Translations under genes and position numbers: made by a program
Shown here: piece after piece, positions 37,996-49,879 of the stretch
How positions within the stretch are numbered: the stretch's first letter is position 1
Layout: every line of letters begins with the position of its first letter
Assembly (NCBI GenBank): GCA_973895155.1
Contig: OZ316892.1
Location: 20,833,619-20,897,618, forward strand
Direction: 5' to 3'
Origin: Marsupella aquatica
Taxonomy: Eukaryota; Plantae; Marchantiophyta
Length of the DNA stretch: 64,000 nucleotides
Notes under the pieces: model-generated
The model's input: the letters and a program-made list of their open reading frames with translations, nothing else
Told to the model about the DNA's origin: nothing
Databases searched by the model: none

Positions 37996-40900
37996 ATGGC
38001 GTCCATGGGGGAGGTCCTGCAGCCCCGCTACACGAAGGCTCTGGGTTCCCTTCGAGTGTCTGCAAACGAGACTCTGAAGTTTGCTCTCGGAGATGAGTCG
38101 CTGAACTGGACCAATGTGACGATGGCTGCCTTGGTGTTGGTGCTCACCTCCTCAATTGTCTTGAAAGCTTTCGGGAAGACGAGAAAGAATGTGCCTCCCT
38201 GTAAGTGAAGGTTTATAGTGGATTTCCGCATGGTGAAAGTTAAGCATTTATGCATGTAACAAACATGACTCGTTTGAATGCCGATTTCCGGTCTTGCCTG
38301 AAGGCTGAATAGTTAGAAAGAACTCACTGGGACTTCATCTATTTTGGTTGCTGTGCGAGTCATTTTTAGGCAGCGCTTTACCGTGCTTACAAATGTCTGA
38401 TTCATCTTTCGTTGTTCCGGTGATCTCAGCAATTCCAGGAGCGCTTCCATTCTTGGGAAATTTTCTGCAGATGACCGAGGCCAAACCCTATCGAACATTT
38501 AGAGAGTGGTCATTCAAGTACGGACCCATCTTCTTTGTCCGAACTGGATCACTCAGAAGTGTGGTCATTAACAACGCTGACCTCTGCAAAGAGGCTTTTG
38601 TCACGAAGCATAATTCCCTATCAGGAAGAAAGCACTACACGGGCATGGAGGTCCTCACGTGTGGCAAGAGAATCGTCGCAATGTCGGATTATGGCCCCGC
38701 TCACCTAACACTGAAAAAAGCATATGTCGGTCATTTGCTAAATCCCACCATGCAGAAACAAAATCGCCCCATCCGTGAGAAGAATATCGCTCTGGTGTTG
38801 GATAGCATGATGACTACTGTCCAAGGCAAGGCGTCTCATGTCTTCGATGTCTCGGACCTCATCAGGCAGTTCTTGTACCCTTTCACCTTGGAGCAGGTGG
38901 GAATTTCACTCGATTAGTTGCATGTAGCCTCCAAATAGCCTAATATTCTTGGAAGCGAGGACTTCGCATGAGCTTCACTAACTGTATGAGATACTTTGAC
39001 GATACATCGTATGTCAAATGAAAGATGAGACGACTGTTACCACAGATGAAAATATTAGCGGAGGAGAAATCGAAGTGTCAGTGTTCGGGACGACGTACCA
39101 TTTGAGTCCGACGGACACATGGATAGAAACTAATTCTCACCTGTCTTATTATTGCTGCAGCTCTTTGGGTACGTTCCTGACAACGTGTTTGTTCCGCAAC
39201 TGGGGAAACATTTGGGAAAGTGGGAGATGTACGATAGGCTTGTTGTAGATATTTTAAGAAACGTGACAACAGTAGACTACAGGAACTTCTTCCCAGCTCT
39301 CAGTTTTCTTGGCAACAAGTCTCTCGAGAAGAAGCTCCAGGAAATTGTAGACACGAGGGCCTACATCATGGACGCCTTGATCGAAAAGCAGAAAAAACTT
39401 ATCGAGACGCGGGTACTCTATTCAACCGCGTAGCTAGTCTGTTCCAGTCGTTCGTCATAGAAATGCCAGATCGAGTATAAGGCTTGAGTGTTCTTCCCTG
39501 ACAATGTAAGCTCGTTATCAGCTAGGTGTTTAGCTTGGATTAAGCGCTAAGAAGTTCTAATATTAGACATTAATGCTTTGGATATATTGTATAGATCTGA
39601 GAACAAAAGCGTGAGTTAAGTCGTCCGAGAAATTTGTACTGTCGAAAGATGCATAAGTTGTAGGTGTCCTTGCTAGATGACAGGAAGCATGGGACAACTC
39701 TTCCATAGTGTGAAACTGTAATGTACTCTGCGTTGCTTTGTCATATTGTGAGAATTTGCTTACCGTGGACAATTTCAAGAAGTATGTGAGGTCTGACTAT
39801 ATGGCTCTGTTTAACATCAAACAGGGACCTACACAGTGCTACAGTGACATCCTATTGACACAGTACAGTGACTGGGAGCCAATTCAGATCCAGATGAGCA
39901 TCTGGGAGCCTATCATCGAGGGTGTTGACAGCAGTTTGGTTACAACAGAGTGGGCCATGTTTGAGATTATTAGAAACCCGCACGTTCATGTGAGTGAATG
40001 TACACTTCCTTGTCTCATACCTCTCCCCAAATCTTCTTCCATTTGGCTGCTTTGCCAATTGCCACTAATTGTATGGAAAGCTGGCCGAATCTGCTATCTG
40101 ACGGCCTTCAAATTAATTTCTGGGCATGCAGGAAAAACTCTACAAAGAAATCAAGTCTGTTGTGGGTGATCGTATGGTGTGTGAAGATGACATCGAGAAC
40201 CTGCCTTTCTTGATGGCCTGCATTCAGGAGACCTTGCGAGTCTACCCTGCCCTTCCCCTTCTCCCTCCCCGACGCGTGACCGAAGATATTACCCTTGGTG
40301 GTTACGATATCCCGAAGGGCACGGATGTAAGTGCCTCCTCGATCTACCCGACTCTCTTTTGTCTGACAATACAGTCTAGCTCATGATACTCTTTCATCAA
40401 AAGGGAACGGTGCGAGGTTCAGAGTACAAGCGTCAAACTCCCACGGTATCAAAGGGACGCACTGCATGTCTATCTCGATCTGTTCAATAACGGAACTGGA
40501 AGATTGTGATGATCGGTATTGGCACAGTCGATCGGTATGGTGGTCTCTTTATTAAGTAATAGTTTCAATCAAATCATTCACGCTATTTATGACAACTCCA
40601 ACTCGGGATAGTGTCATTTATTGGCCTACTCTGTTTCTCTGGAAGATCTTAGTATGCTTCCGTTCGCGTGTCTTATATTGCCTCGCCTTGTCTTCTCTAG
40701 TGTTGCTACAACACTAGAGAAAGTCACACTTCACCAATATATTAGAAAATTCCAACCACATCCTCACTAAGCGCCAGTAATTAACAAGTTATTGGTAATC
40801 ATAGGAGCATGAAAGCTAAATAATAGGCAATGACACCAGAAGTTATTTGTGTACGTGGATCGACGTTGTAACCGATGATAGCTTCATGCTTCATGCCACC

Positions 40901-41299
40901 TTACTTGTCTACTCTTTATGCATGCAGGTTTTGTTCAACCTCTACGGAGTCAATATGGACCCGACCGTGTGGGAAGACCCGATGAAGTGGAACCCTGAAC
41001 GTCTTCTGGACACCAAGAAAATGGACTGGTACCGAGACATACGCATGATGCCTTTTGGCGGCGGTAAGCGCCAGTGTGGAGGAATCACTCAAGTCATGAA
41101 AGTCATTCCGATGGCCATTGCTTCATTCATTCTCCACTTCGATTGGAGCGAGCCTGCACTCTCTGCCAAGGAGAAGTCGGCCGAGGAAGATACTGTGTTC
41201 TTGACAACCCACAAACTCTATCCTACAAAAGCCATAGGCAAGCCAAGAGTGAGTTCACGAATCAAGTTTCCGGAAGCTGTAGAACTGGCATGGAAGTAG
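37996..41299 (+). CDS. CYP701: Cytochrome P450, CYP701 family (ent-kaurene oxidase-like), six exons, 551 aa
   Basis: GT-AG exons 37996-38200, 38430-38896, 39161-39412, 39825-39989, 40132-40326 and 40928-41299 total 1656 nt and stay in frame. CYP701-type motifs: GNFLQM.E.KP, VAMSDY, VDYRNFFP, WEPIIE..D..LVTTEWAM, ETLR, PER, FGGGKRQCGG, LTTHKLYP. Confidence 0.93.
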
Positions 41300-44200
41300 C
41301 TGGTGACAATATTGGAGTGATTTATAATGAGGCAAGCTCGTAGGGTAAGGTATATAAGACAGAAATATCTAATATATTTAATATATATAGCCCCTCCTAC
41401 TCTCCTATACAGCCGGATATACAGTCGCCATGTAACACTTCCTTAGTTCCTTTGAGCAGGAAGGACCTACGTGTACTCTAATTAATATTAGAATCACTCG
41501 GCTACCACGTTCGTAACAACTTTCCGAGGGGTTGAAGCTCCCATGTACTTATTGGTATTTCGTAGCTAGCACCTCGTTTCAGACTTACCGGGTGTTCAGC
41601 TGTTTGTGATCCGGGTGACAGCTAGCTTTTAGGTTATGGAAACATTATGATGTGACTATAACCAACATATCATAGACTTCTATAAGTAGACTTGGATCCT
41701 GCACTCAGTACGATGGCTCCACAATTTTTCAGGAGTCCTTACTAGACCGGTTTAATAGTTGGACCCTTGAAATACTTTGAGTCTTAGGTTGGGTGCTTGT
41801 TTTGTTCTCTTACATAGCTTCGCCTGAACACGTGAGCGGGGACGTGAACCGTGTTCGACCTCTACGGTCCTTTGTATTTCTCATCCAGACTTCCAAAATA
41901 AAATTATGTAATATATTGACAGAAGCTTGAAGTGACAAATATATCATGAAAAGTTTCCGACAGGTACGGCTATACTTCTGTCTCACATATAACACAAGAA
42001 GAATGGTAATAATGACTTACTCTACCAAATGTCCCCCCACAAACCATTGATCTCCTAGAAGTTATTTGAACTTGAGGACCTGAATATCTTGGAATGGTAC
42101 TAGGACGACGGCGATTAATACAGAGTACAATACAACACATCTTAAGTACACAGTAAGCGAAACGTTCCCTCTTGACCTACATATCTCGGTTGAACTCCGC
42201 GGTATAGCAACCGGCCGGTCTCGGTCAAAAAGGTGTCTGCCATGTTGCTGAGATGGCAATTATGGAAATTCCTTCAATTCTTTAGCTCGAGAAATCTTTA
42301 GCTCGAGGAGGAATACATAAAGTTGTAGAACGCGTTATACATTGAAACACATCTTACCCAACATTGTGTATTATTTTGGCATTCAACTTCTCGCCAACGA
42401 CGGTGAAAAAGGGTTCAGTCTCAGGGAAAATAAAAGTGAGCTAGGGCGGAGATCTACTGGCCAAATGCTCTTCCTGTTTTTGCTAACTAGAATACCCAGT
42501 GTCCAGAGTGGCTCAGTTGACTGGTGACATTTAGACACAACTGCCCTCTATGTAATTCAAGCCACATATACTAGCAACTATGATCTGCTGTACCTTTTTT
42601 TACTCTCGTTTTTTGCCATTGATGGAAAAGAATGGTGAGTGGAGTCTAGAATTTCTTTCCCAGTTAAGTACTCAACTTAAAGATTAAATTGCTGTAAGTT
42701 AGTTTTGAAGAAAATAAGATACCGAAACTCGATACCGAAGTCTGGACAGTAGGAACAGCCTCCACACCATCATAAATAGCCAGATAATTAATATACAGTG
42801 AGTCCTACTTCTGATATACTCTCACTTACATTAATAGCTAGTGGTGAGACATACGTATAAATTTTGAAGTTTGTTTAGACTTTCAACACACATTATTTAA
42901 GTGACACACCCTTGCTGACAATTAAAAGTATCCTGGGTATGCAATTCCCCTGTTTATGCCATATCTTTTTAATTCTTAATAGTGGATCCAGGTACCATAG
43001 ACAAAGGTAATTTCATTTCAATCTAGCAAAGTAACTCTTGCATCTTGAACATATATATCTCTGATGCGGAAAATAAATTTTAAACTAAATTTCCTGGCTT
43101 TTCTGCAGCCTCGAAGTTTGCAAATGGTTTAGTGAGATACTATTCCTCAATTCCAACACAATTGAGTATTTTGAGTCCTTGAAGCACCTTCTTGAAAAAG
43201 TCTACCCTAGCCAAAACGGGATCAAAGCTTCTGATGTTCAAATCACAGCTTGGACACTCAGATTTAGCATTTAATGTTGCTGTGGTCTAAAACGAATCTC
43301 CCTCTGAACGTGCAAAAGGAAAGCTACTGAGGATAGTGCTCAGTTTTGACTAGCGACATTGAAAACATGGATATATTGCGAAAACACAGACAGATCAATC
43401 GAAACACAAAGTGTCGGCCCTCGATCAGCTGATGTCAACCAGTTTCCAAAACGAAGCCAATGCAGAGTTCCAGCCTTCAGCTCCTGTCAACAACTTTCCA
43501 CCTAGGAACCGGCATGCCCGAACACAGATTGGAAGAATGGGAATCAAGGAACGTTTCAATTCATAGGATGGCAAACAACATGAGTAGCACAGACGCAAGA
43601 ACAAGAGAAAGCAGAGATAAAAAGAAGAAAGAGACAGCTAAAGGCCAGAGAAGAGTCATAGACAAGCAAAGTGGCTGAGAGTGAGGGAATCAGCCTGAGT
43701 GAGCAGTTATGTTAAGTGATCTAAACGTCTGCTTGATCAATTGCAAATACATTTCCAAATTTTCAATTTTAGTGAATGATGAGTGACCATACTTAAGTGA
43801 TCTGAATGCATGCATGATCAATTGAAAATGCATTTCAAACCCTCATTTAATATTGCTGAAAGCTCATCTAAAAACACCTAGAAATATGAGTCCACTGTCC
43901 AATCGATGATTATGCCATACGTATGAAACATGTGGACGAGGAATACTGCTTCAAGTGGCCGTCTATTTTACTCATCTCCGTGTCAGGCACTGCAACGGAG
44001 TCTCTGATGAATGCCTTAAATGGAAGTGATTCAGCAGCTCCCCATATTATGTACATCTGGACTACTGATGATCATCTGGTCGAGACATACAACAAACGTG
44101 ACAATGTGCGGGAATGCAAACTCATTTCCTTGCTACATTGTACTGTACGAAATCGGACGTCTTCGTTTACGTTGCGCTTCCAAGTAAATTCTATGATACC

Positions 44201-45543
44201 TACCATTGTTTTTATCTTCTCCAACGCTCCCCATATTAGCATATTAATTGATGAACGTTATCTGTAATGATCCAGGGACTGTTGATTCTCAGGATCGCCC
44301 TTAATTCCGTCCTTCGTGCTTTTCTGTATATATGTGGACTCCTCGCTGTGATACTCATTCATTCGGAATCAATAAACGTTATTGGAAACTTTATATGTAC
44401 ATCGTGCAAACCATCGAAGAACATTGAAGATATGCCATCTTCACATACAGTTCCAACGTGGGGAGAATTATCGCCGAGATCACGGCCGCCATCCTAGCTG
44501 CTACTGCCTGAGATCGCTCCGCCCTTCGATTTCGAGTCTCGTCCTCTTCTTGATTTCGAGCCTTCCATTTCTCTAAGTAAGCTGCGATGCTTGTTTTCTT
44601 TGTAACTACCACGATTTGAGCTGCTGTATCTCCGGTGAAAAATGTTGTTGCAACTTCATTCCTTCAATTTTACTTCTTTTGGACAGTCAATGGGATCCTT
44701 TGGCAGATCTCCTGCTCAGTACCCTTCCAATTTCATTCGATGTGCAAATCTGATAGCTCAGTCCATTGAAATTATCTCCATTGATTTCATTGACTTGATT
44801 GCAGGGCTTCGTCTGTTGTCCAGCTGTGACCCAGTGAACTCACAGGTAAGTCAAAATTCAAATCTCAAGCGATGCTATGTCAATTTTAATTTATCTCTGA
44901 CCATCCTGTAATGCTCTCCGGTCTGTCACACCGCTTACAAAATTGAGTACGTAAATTACTGTCTCGACTCTTTTCCAAATCCGATACAGAGTTTTGCTCT
45001 TGTCAAGTTTATACTCGTTTTTTTCAACATGCAGCCTTTCCATTCCGTCCCATAGAAATTCTGCTTCCTTCCTGAGTTGACGTGTGTCGTGCTTTATGCC
45101 TGAGGTTAAGGATTGGCTATACTTGGTTACCTCTCCAGCACAGCAACGAGAAACGTCCAACCCTAGTTAAATAGTTACGGACTCTAGTCTCTTTCTTCGC
45201 TTCACAAGCCAACTACAGTGGTTCCGTTTCTAACCTTCATCCGTTATCTACCATACTTGGCGGAGTTGCCTAATCTGAGGGCCACTCTCCTCGGTCAACC
45301 CTAAACCAATGACATTTACTCCACAACCTCATTCCTAGCTTTAGATCCAGCTTTATTAGATAGATAAACTTTTACTGACTACCTCCTTCCTAGTATTCGG
45401 TCAAGGCTCGAGCTTTATTAGATAGATAGGATGACCATGAAAGTAGAGGGCATGCAGCATTTAGGTTGTCTTTGTTTAGACCCATAAATATATTAAAAAC
45501 TATTTTACAAGGTTGCATCTTTTCATAAAGTGGTTGTCATTTA

Positions 45544-46168
45544 ATGAAAGGTGAATATACACATACTTTTTACAGAAAAAGGCCAAATAGAGTACAAAAG
45601 AATAAACAAGAGAGGTCCCAAGTGGACAAAATCAAACGCAAAAGAAGTGAGCAAAAGGAAACCCTAAAAACCAAGAAAGAGGAACTAAAAGAAGTGAGCA
45701 AAAGAAAACCCCTAAAAACCAAGAAAGAGGAACTAAAACTACCGCAAATGGACCAAGGTCCTCATCATACCTAGCAAATGTGGCAACAAGCTAGTGGTCT
45801 ACATCAAGTGTCGAAACTAGATCGGCAAGTGGGACAGGAATGTCCTCTAGGGGGGCTAGCCGCTGCGGAGTCACACTAGCACCCACTATCAGAGATCGAC
45901 GATAGACGGCCCGAGCTTGAGCACGCTGTAAGGTGACTGAAATGCGTTGGCGAAAGTGCGTGGTCAAAACAGATAGCGAGGGCCCGGTGGGACCCATCCG
46001 GCCGTGAACATCCCGAGCAGCTTGGCGAAGAAGCCCGTCGAACTGATGATGGAGACGCCCAAATATCTCAAGAGCAAGGGGCAAGAAGCTATCAGATGAA
46101 GCTCGTGCAGCATATTTGGCCTCCTTCGTGGTTGCTGCTCGTGATGCTGCTGCCCCTGCCGTTGTTGC
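45544..46168 (-). mobile_element. 5'-truncated non-LTR retrotransposon, RLE-type (CRE/R2-like) C-terminus plus 3' UTR
   Basis: GAAASRAATTKEAKY..FLPLALEIFG..RQRISVTLQRAQA, stop at 45791. GC-rich island in AT-rich flanks; T-rich 3' UTR with a 47-bp duplication. Confidence 0.75.
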
Positions 46169-48239
46169 ATTCAAATGTGTTAGTTGATCATTGAAATGTA
46201 CAATGTTGACTTGTTGGGTCTCTTTGGTCTTCTTAGTGTCGTCCCTTCCCCCCTTTCTTGGGTTCTTTTGTCCCCACTTTTGTCTTTGTATCATGTCTCC
46301 CAGTTTGGCGTTCTTGTCTTTTTGGCAGTGTGATCTATACAGTGTACTAAATCATTCAGTGTGAATGAAAATAATGAAAGTGAAGTGCACGGTTTCCAAG
46401 AAGGGATTCAATAGGGGGGTTATAGAGGACAGAGGAAATGGGGAGAGCCAGTACCAATGCACTAGGGTCAAGGAGACTTCCCTTTACAAACTCAGTAAAA
46501 AGTGTGAACCAATAGGAGCCCTTCATTAAAAATTTATTTTCCTGACAAAGTCAGATCTTTATGTCTCTTTTAATCTCAATTGTCCCTGCCTCAGCTGCCC
46601 AAAGTTGACCAAGATGAAAATTTGGGCACGCTATAACACTTATTAAAATTGGATATTAGCATAAAGATTTTGAGGAAACTTGAGGGTATAAATAAAATAT
46701 ATAAATATTTATTTCTTTTAAAAAAAAATTTTAAAAAATTAATTTTTTGTATCACTTGGTTGTGCCTGGAGTCTATTATCTTGTGTCTCCAATTTCTTGT
46801 GAAATGCACTGGTTATTGAACATCCATCACTATAATAACTTTACCTTGCCTTGTCATTTTATTCTCACATTGACATATCATGTATGTCACCACAGCGTCT
46901 TTTTCTCACCTTGTCATCTTTTTTCACCTCAAGGTCTTACCTTTATCTCACCTTGACATTTGTATCTCACTGTTAGATATTGCTCTAGTCTTGTGACTCA
47001 TGAGCTAACCATAGTTAGTCTAACTCGGGTTAGGACTTAGCTAATGTTAGCAGTAGTGCTGTTGTGTCCAAAGCACCCAAAGCACCCAAAGCACCCAAAG
47101 AACTGAGCGCGCGCAACTATTTTCAAGAGTGGGAATTTTGAAAATACAGAGGGAAGTAGTTAAAGCCGTTTTACACTGTAAATCACTCCTTATGGACCTG
47201 TAAACTGACTATAAACCATTGTAAAGCTGGTTTTTAGAACCTAGAGTGAACCCGAGTCAATTTGGATGGCCTTTGAAGTGCAAGGGTTGAATTTCAAAAA
47301 TGAATTAGAAAGAAGGAGTGATCACATTTACAAGAGTGTAAGTCCTGACTTACAAACCCTATAAACAACTGTAAATGGGGTGCAAAGGAGGTGTAAACCA
47401 GCAATTTTACGCCCTTTCCAAGATCTGTAAGCCACCTTGTTGAGTAGTAGATTTTACCGGAAGGGCATTCTGAAATTGAATGCCAAACCCTGCAGGAAAA
47501 GGGGAACATATTGGGTATTTTTTTATTTGGGTACTTGTCAAAAAACATTGCCACCTAACATTAATTATCTACTGTGCATGACAAATTCTAAAATGTGGTA
47601 CCCATCTATTATTTTAGATTATCAAACCTATCCCTAAAGGTGGTACTTCTTTTGATACTTGTTTGGACAGAATTTTGGCTGATGCTACCCAAATTCATCT
47701 GACTTTTGATAGGATATGGAATTGCTACAGTATGGCTTCAAGGGAATCCCAATGAAAATACTCATCCAAGATCGACTAGTTTTTTGTCCCACATCCTCTT
47801 GTTGGGTAGTGTGGTGTATACTGTACGTAGGACCACTAGACCCTAGACTAAAAGATATGCTTTGTTGATGCTCCTCAATGACAAAAACAATGATCATGTC
47901 ATTATAAATGACACCTTTGTCTATTTTGTAAACGCATGGATACAACTCCATTAATTTTTTAGTAGTAGATTTCCCCTTTCCACTTAACATGACTGCATAT
48001 ATATAATGCATGTTAAGGCAATTTTTTGGGTGATGGGTTATTTCTCAAAACTATGTGTATGCACTAGATCAAAATTTGTCAAGACTCGCAGATTAGTCAA
48101 ATGCATCAATTAAATGGTATCATTCAGTGACGGTATCATAGTCATATTCATTCCAAAATTAATGCTATAGTTATATAACTCTTGCACTAAGAACCACCAA
48201 TAAATAAGAACAAGTATAGTGCCCCGCACCCTTCACATG

Positions 48240-49873
48240 CACTAGTACATATTAAGCTGATTTCCAATGCTCAATTTTTGCGAACAATCGGCGTCCGATT
48301 CTTTTAGCATCGGAAATTCCGATTATCAAAAAATGGCAATATGCCATACTCTCGGCTTCGGATATCTTCATTTCCGATATATTGACAACGGAACCTTTCC
48401 GATGCGTTAAAAAACGGATCATATCCGTTAGAAAACACATCGGATCCCTCAACAGAAACTTTGATTGATATGTTTGATGTTTTTTGTAACGAAAATGATG
48501 TGCGTTACAATATTGATCGGAAACTTTCCGTAGTTAATAATAACGGATATTATATCCGATTGTGCTAACATGGCAAAGTCCGATGTTGGGAGAATGGGAA
48601 AGTCCGATGCTGGGAGTATGGGAAAGTCCGATGCTAGAAGAATGGGAAAGTCCGATGCTGGAAGAATGGGAAAGTCCGATGCTGGGAGTATGGGAAAGTC
48701 CGATGCTAGAAGAATGGGAAAGTCCGATGCTGGGAGTATGGGAAAGTCTGGTTATGACAAAAAGAAAATTTTTGATTGTGTTAGAATGAAAAGTTTTGAT
48801 GTGTTAGATGGGGTATGTGGTTGCACCGACATACTCTTCCCAAAAGATGCAATCATTCTTGCATGCATGAATAACTTCATACTTGAGGCAAATGGACTTG
48901 AGTGTTGTTTTTGCCTCATTCCAAGACCCAACATATTGTTCCCTTACGGAAATATGTGCTCAACATGCCAAGTCCAAAATACATCATCTAGAAGGAGGTT
49001 GTTTGTCCCATGTAGTCTTTGTTGCAAGTCCAACAACAACATAGTTGATAAAAGATGAGACAATCAGGAGCCATTGACGCTGAGGCTTTGGAAGGACCAA
49101 AATATCATCCATAACTAATAAGCCATAATTATCCCATATCAAATCTAATGAAGGAGGGCTTTACTATCGATGAATGACCCCTGCCAGATTTCTATTGGTT
49201 TCTCCTAGGGGAATGTAATAGGGTAACTAGAATAGGTCACTTGATGCAAAGATCTAATCTCATGATAGAGAAAAATGGATCAAGAATGGGTCCAAATTAT
49301 GGGTCTTAGTAAACTCACAAGTGTATAAAATCCCCAAACACTCTAAGTCAAACAACAAAAGTGCTAAGCTTGCATGTACAATGTAAGGAATAAGAACCAC
49401 AAAGTTAAGCTCATGTTGGAGGAATAGCAATTGGGATGGGTGACCAATTAGTTGAGAAAATTTGAAGAGTTCACATGTCAAGGGAGATGGTCACCTAGCT
49501 CATAGTTCCAAATGAAAGTAGAAACCCAATTAAAGGAAGAGATGGGTGACCTGAGCATGTCGCGTCCGCTGAAATGCATATCCCATTTTGATTGCTTCGG
49601 ACTTTCCCATTCTCCTAGCATCGGACTTTCCCATTCTCTCACCATCGGACTTTCCCATTCTCCTAGCATCGGACTTTCCCATTCTCCCACCATCGGACTT
49701 TCCCATTCTCCCACCATCGGACTTTCCGATAGAAGTCCGATTGTCGATATCCGATACTATTAAAATGGCATGTTGCGATGCTAGTAGTATCGGATATATG
49801 GTTTTTCAAATTTTATTTTACAAAGGCGTCCGATGTGGAGAGAATCGGAAAAAGGAGGTAAAATGTACTAGTG
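48240..49873 (-). mobile_element. Non-autonomous CACTA element, copy 2 (inverted relative to 17905-19539)
   Basis: Same termini, TSD ATG (48237-48239, 49874-49876), near-identical interior; keeps IHACKNDCIF in the TnpD fragment. Confidence 0.93.
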
Positions 49874-49879
49874 ATGGGT

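Noticed and set aside
43000-45200. Possible degraded gene on the minus strand (ORFs 44391-44612, 44891-45160)
   Set aside because: No recognisable motif or consistent exon chain.
48185-48195. CACTAAG as the left TIR of the large CACTA element
   Set aside because: It aligns with an internal position of the tandem array (compare ~50966), and no partner TIR or TSD can be checked.
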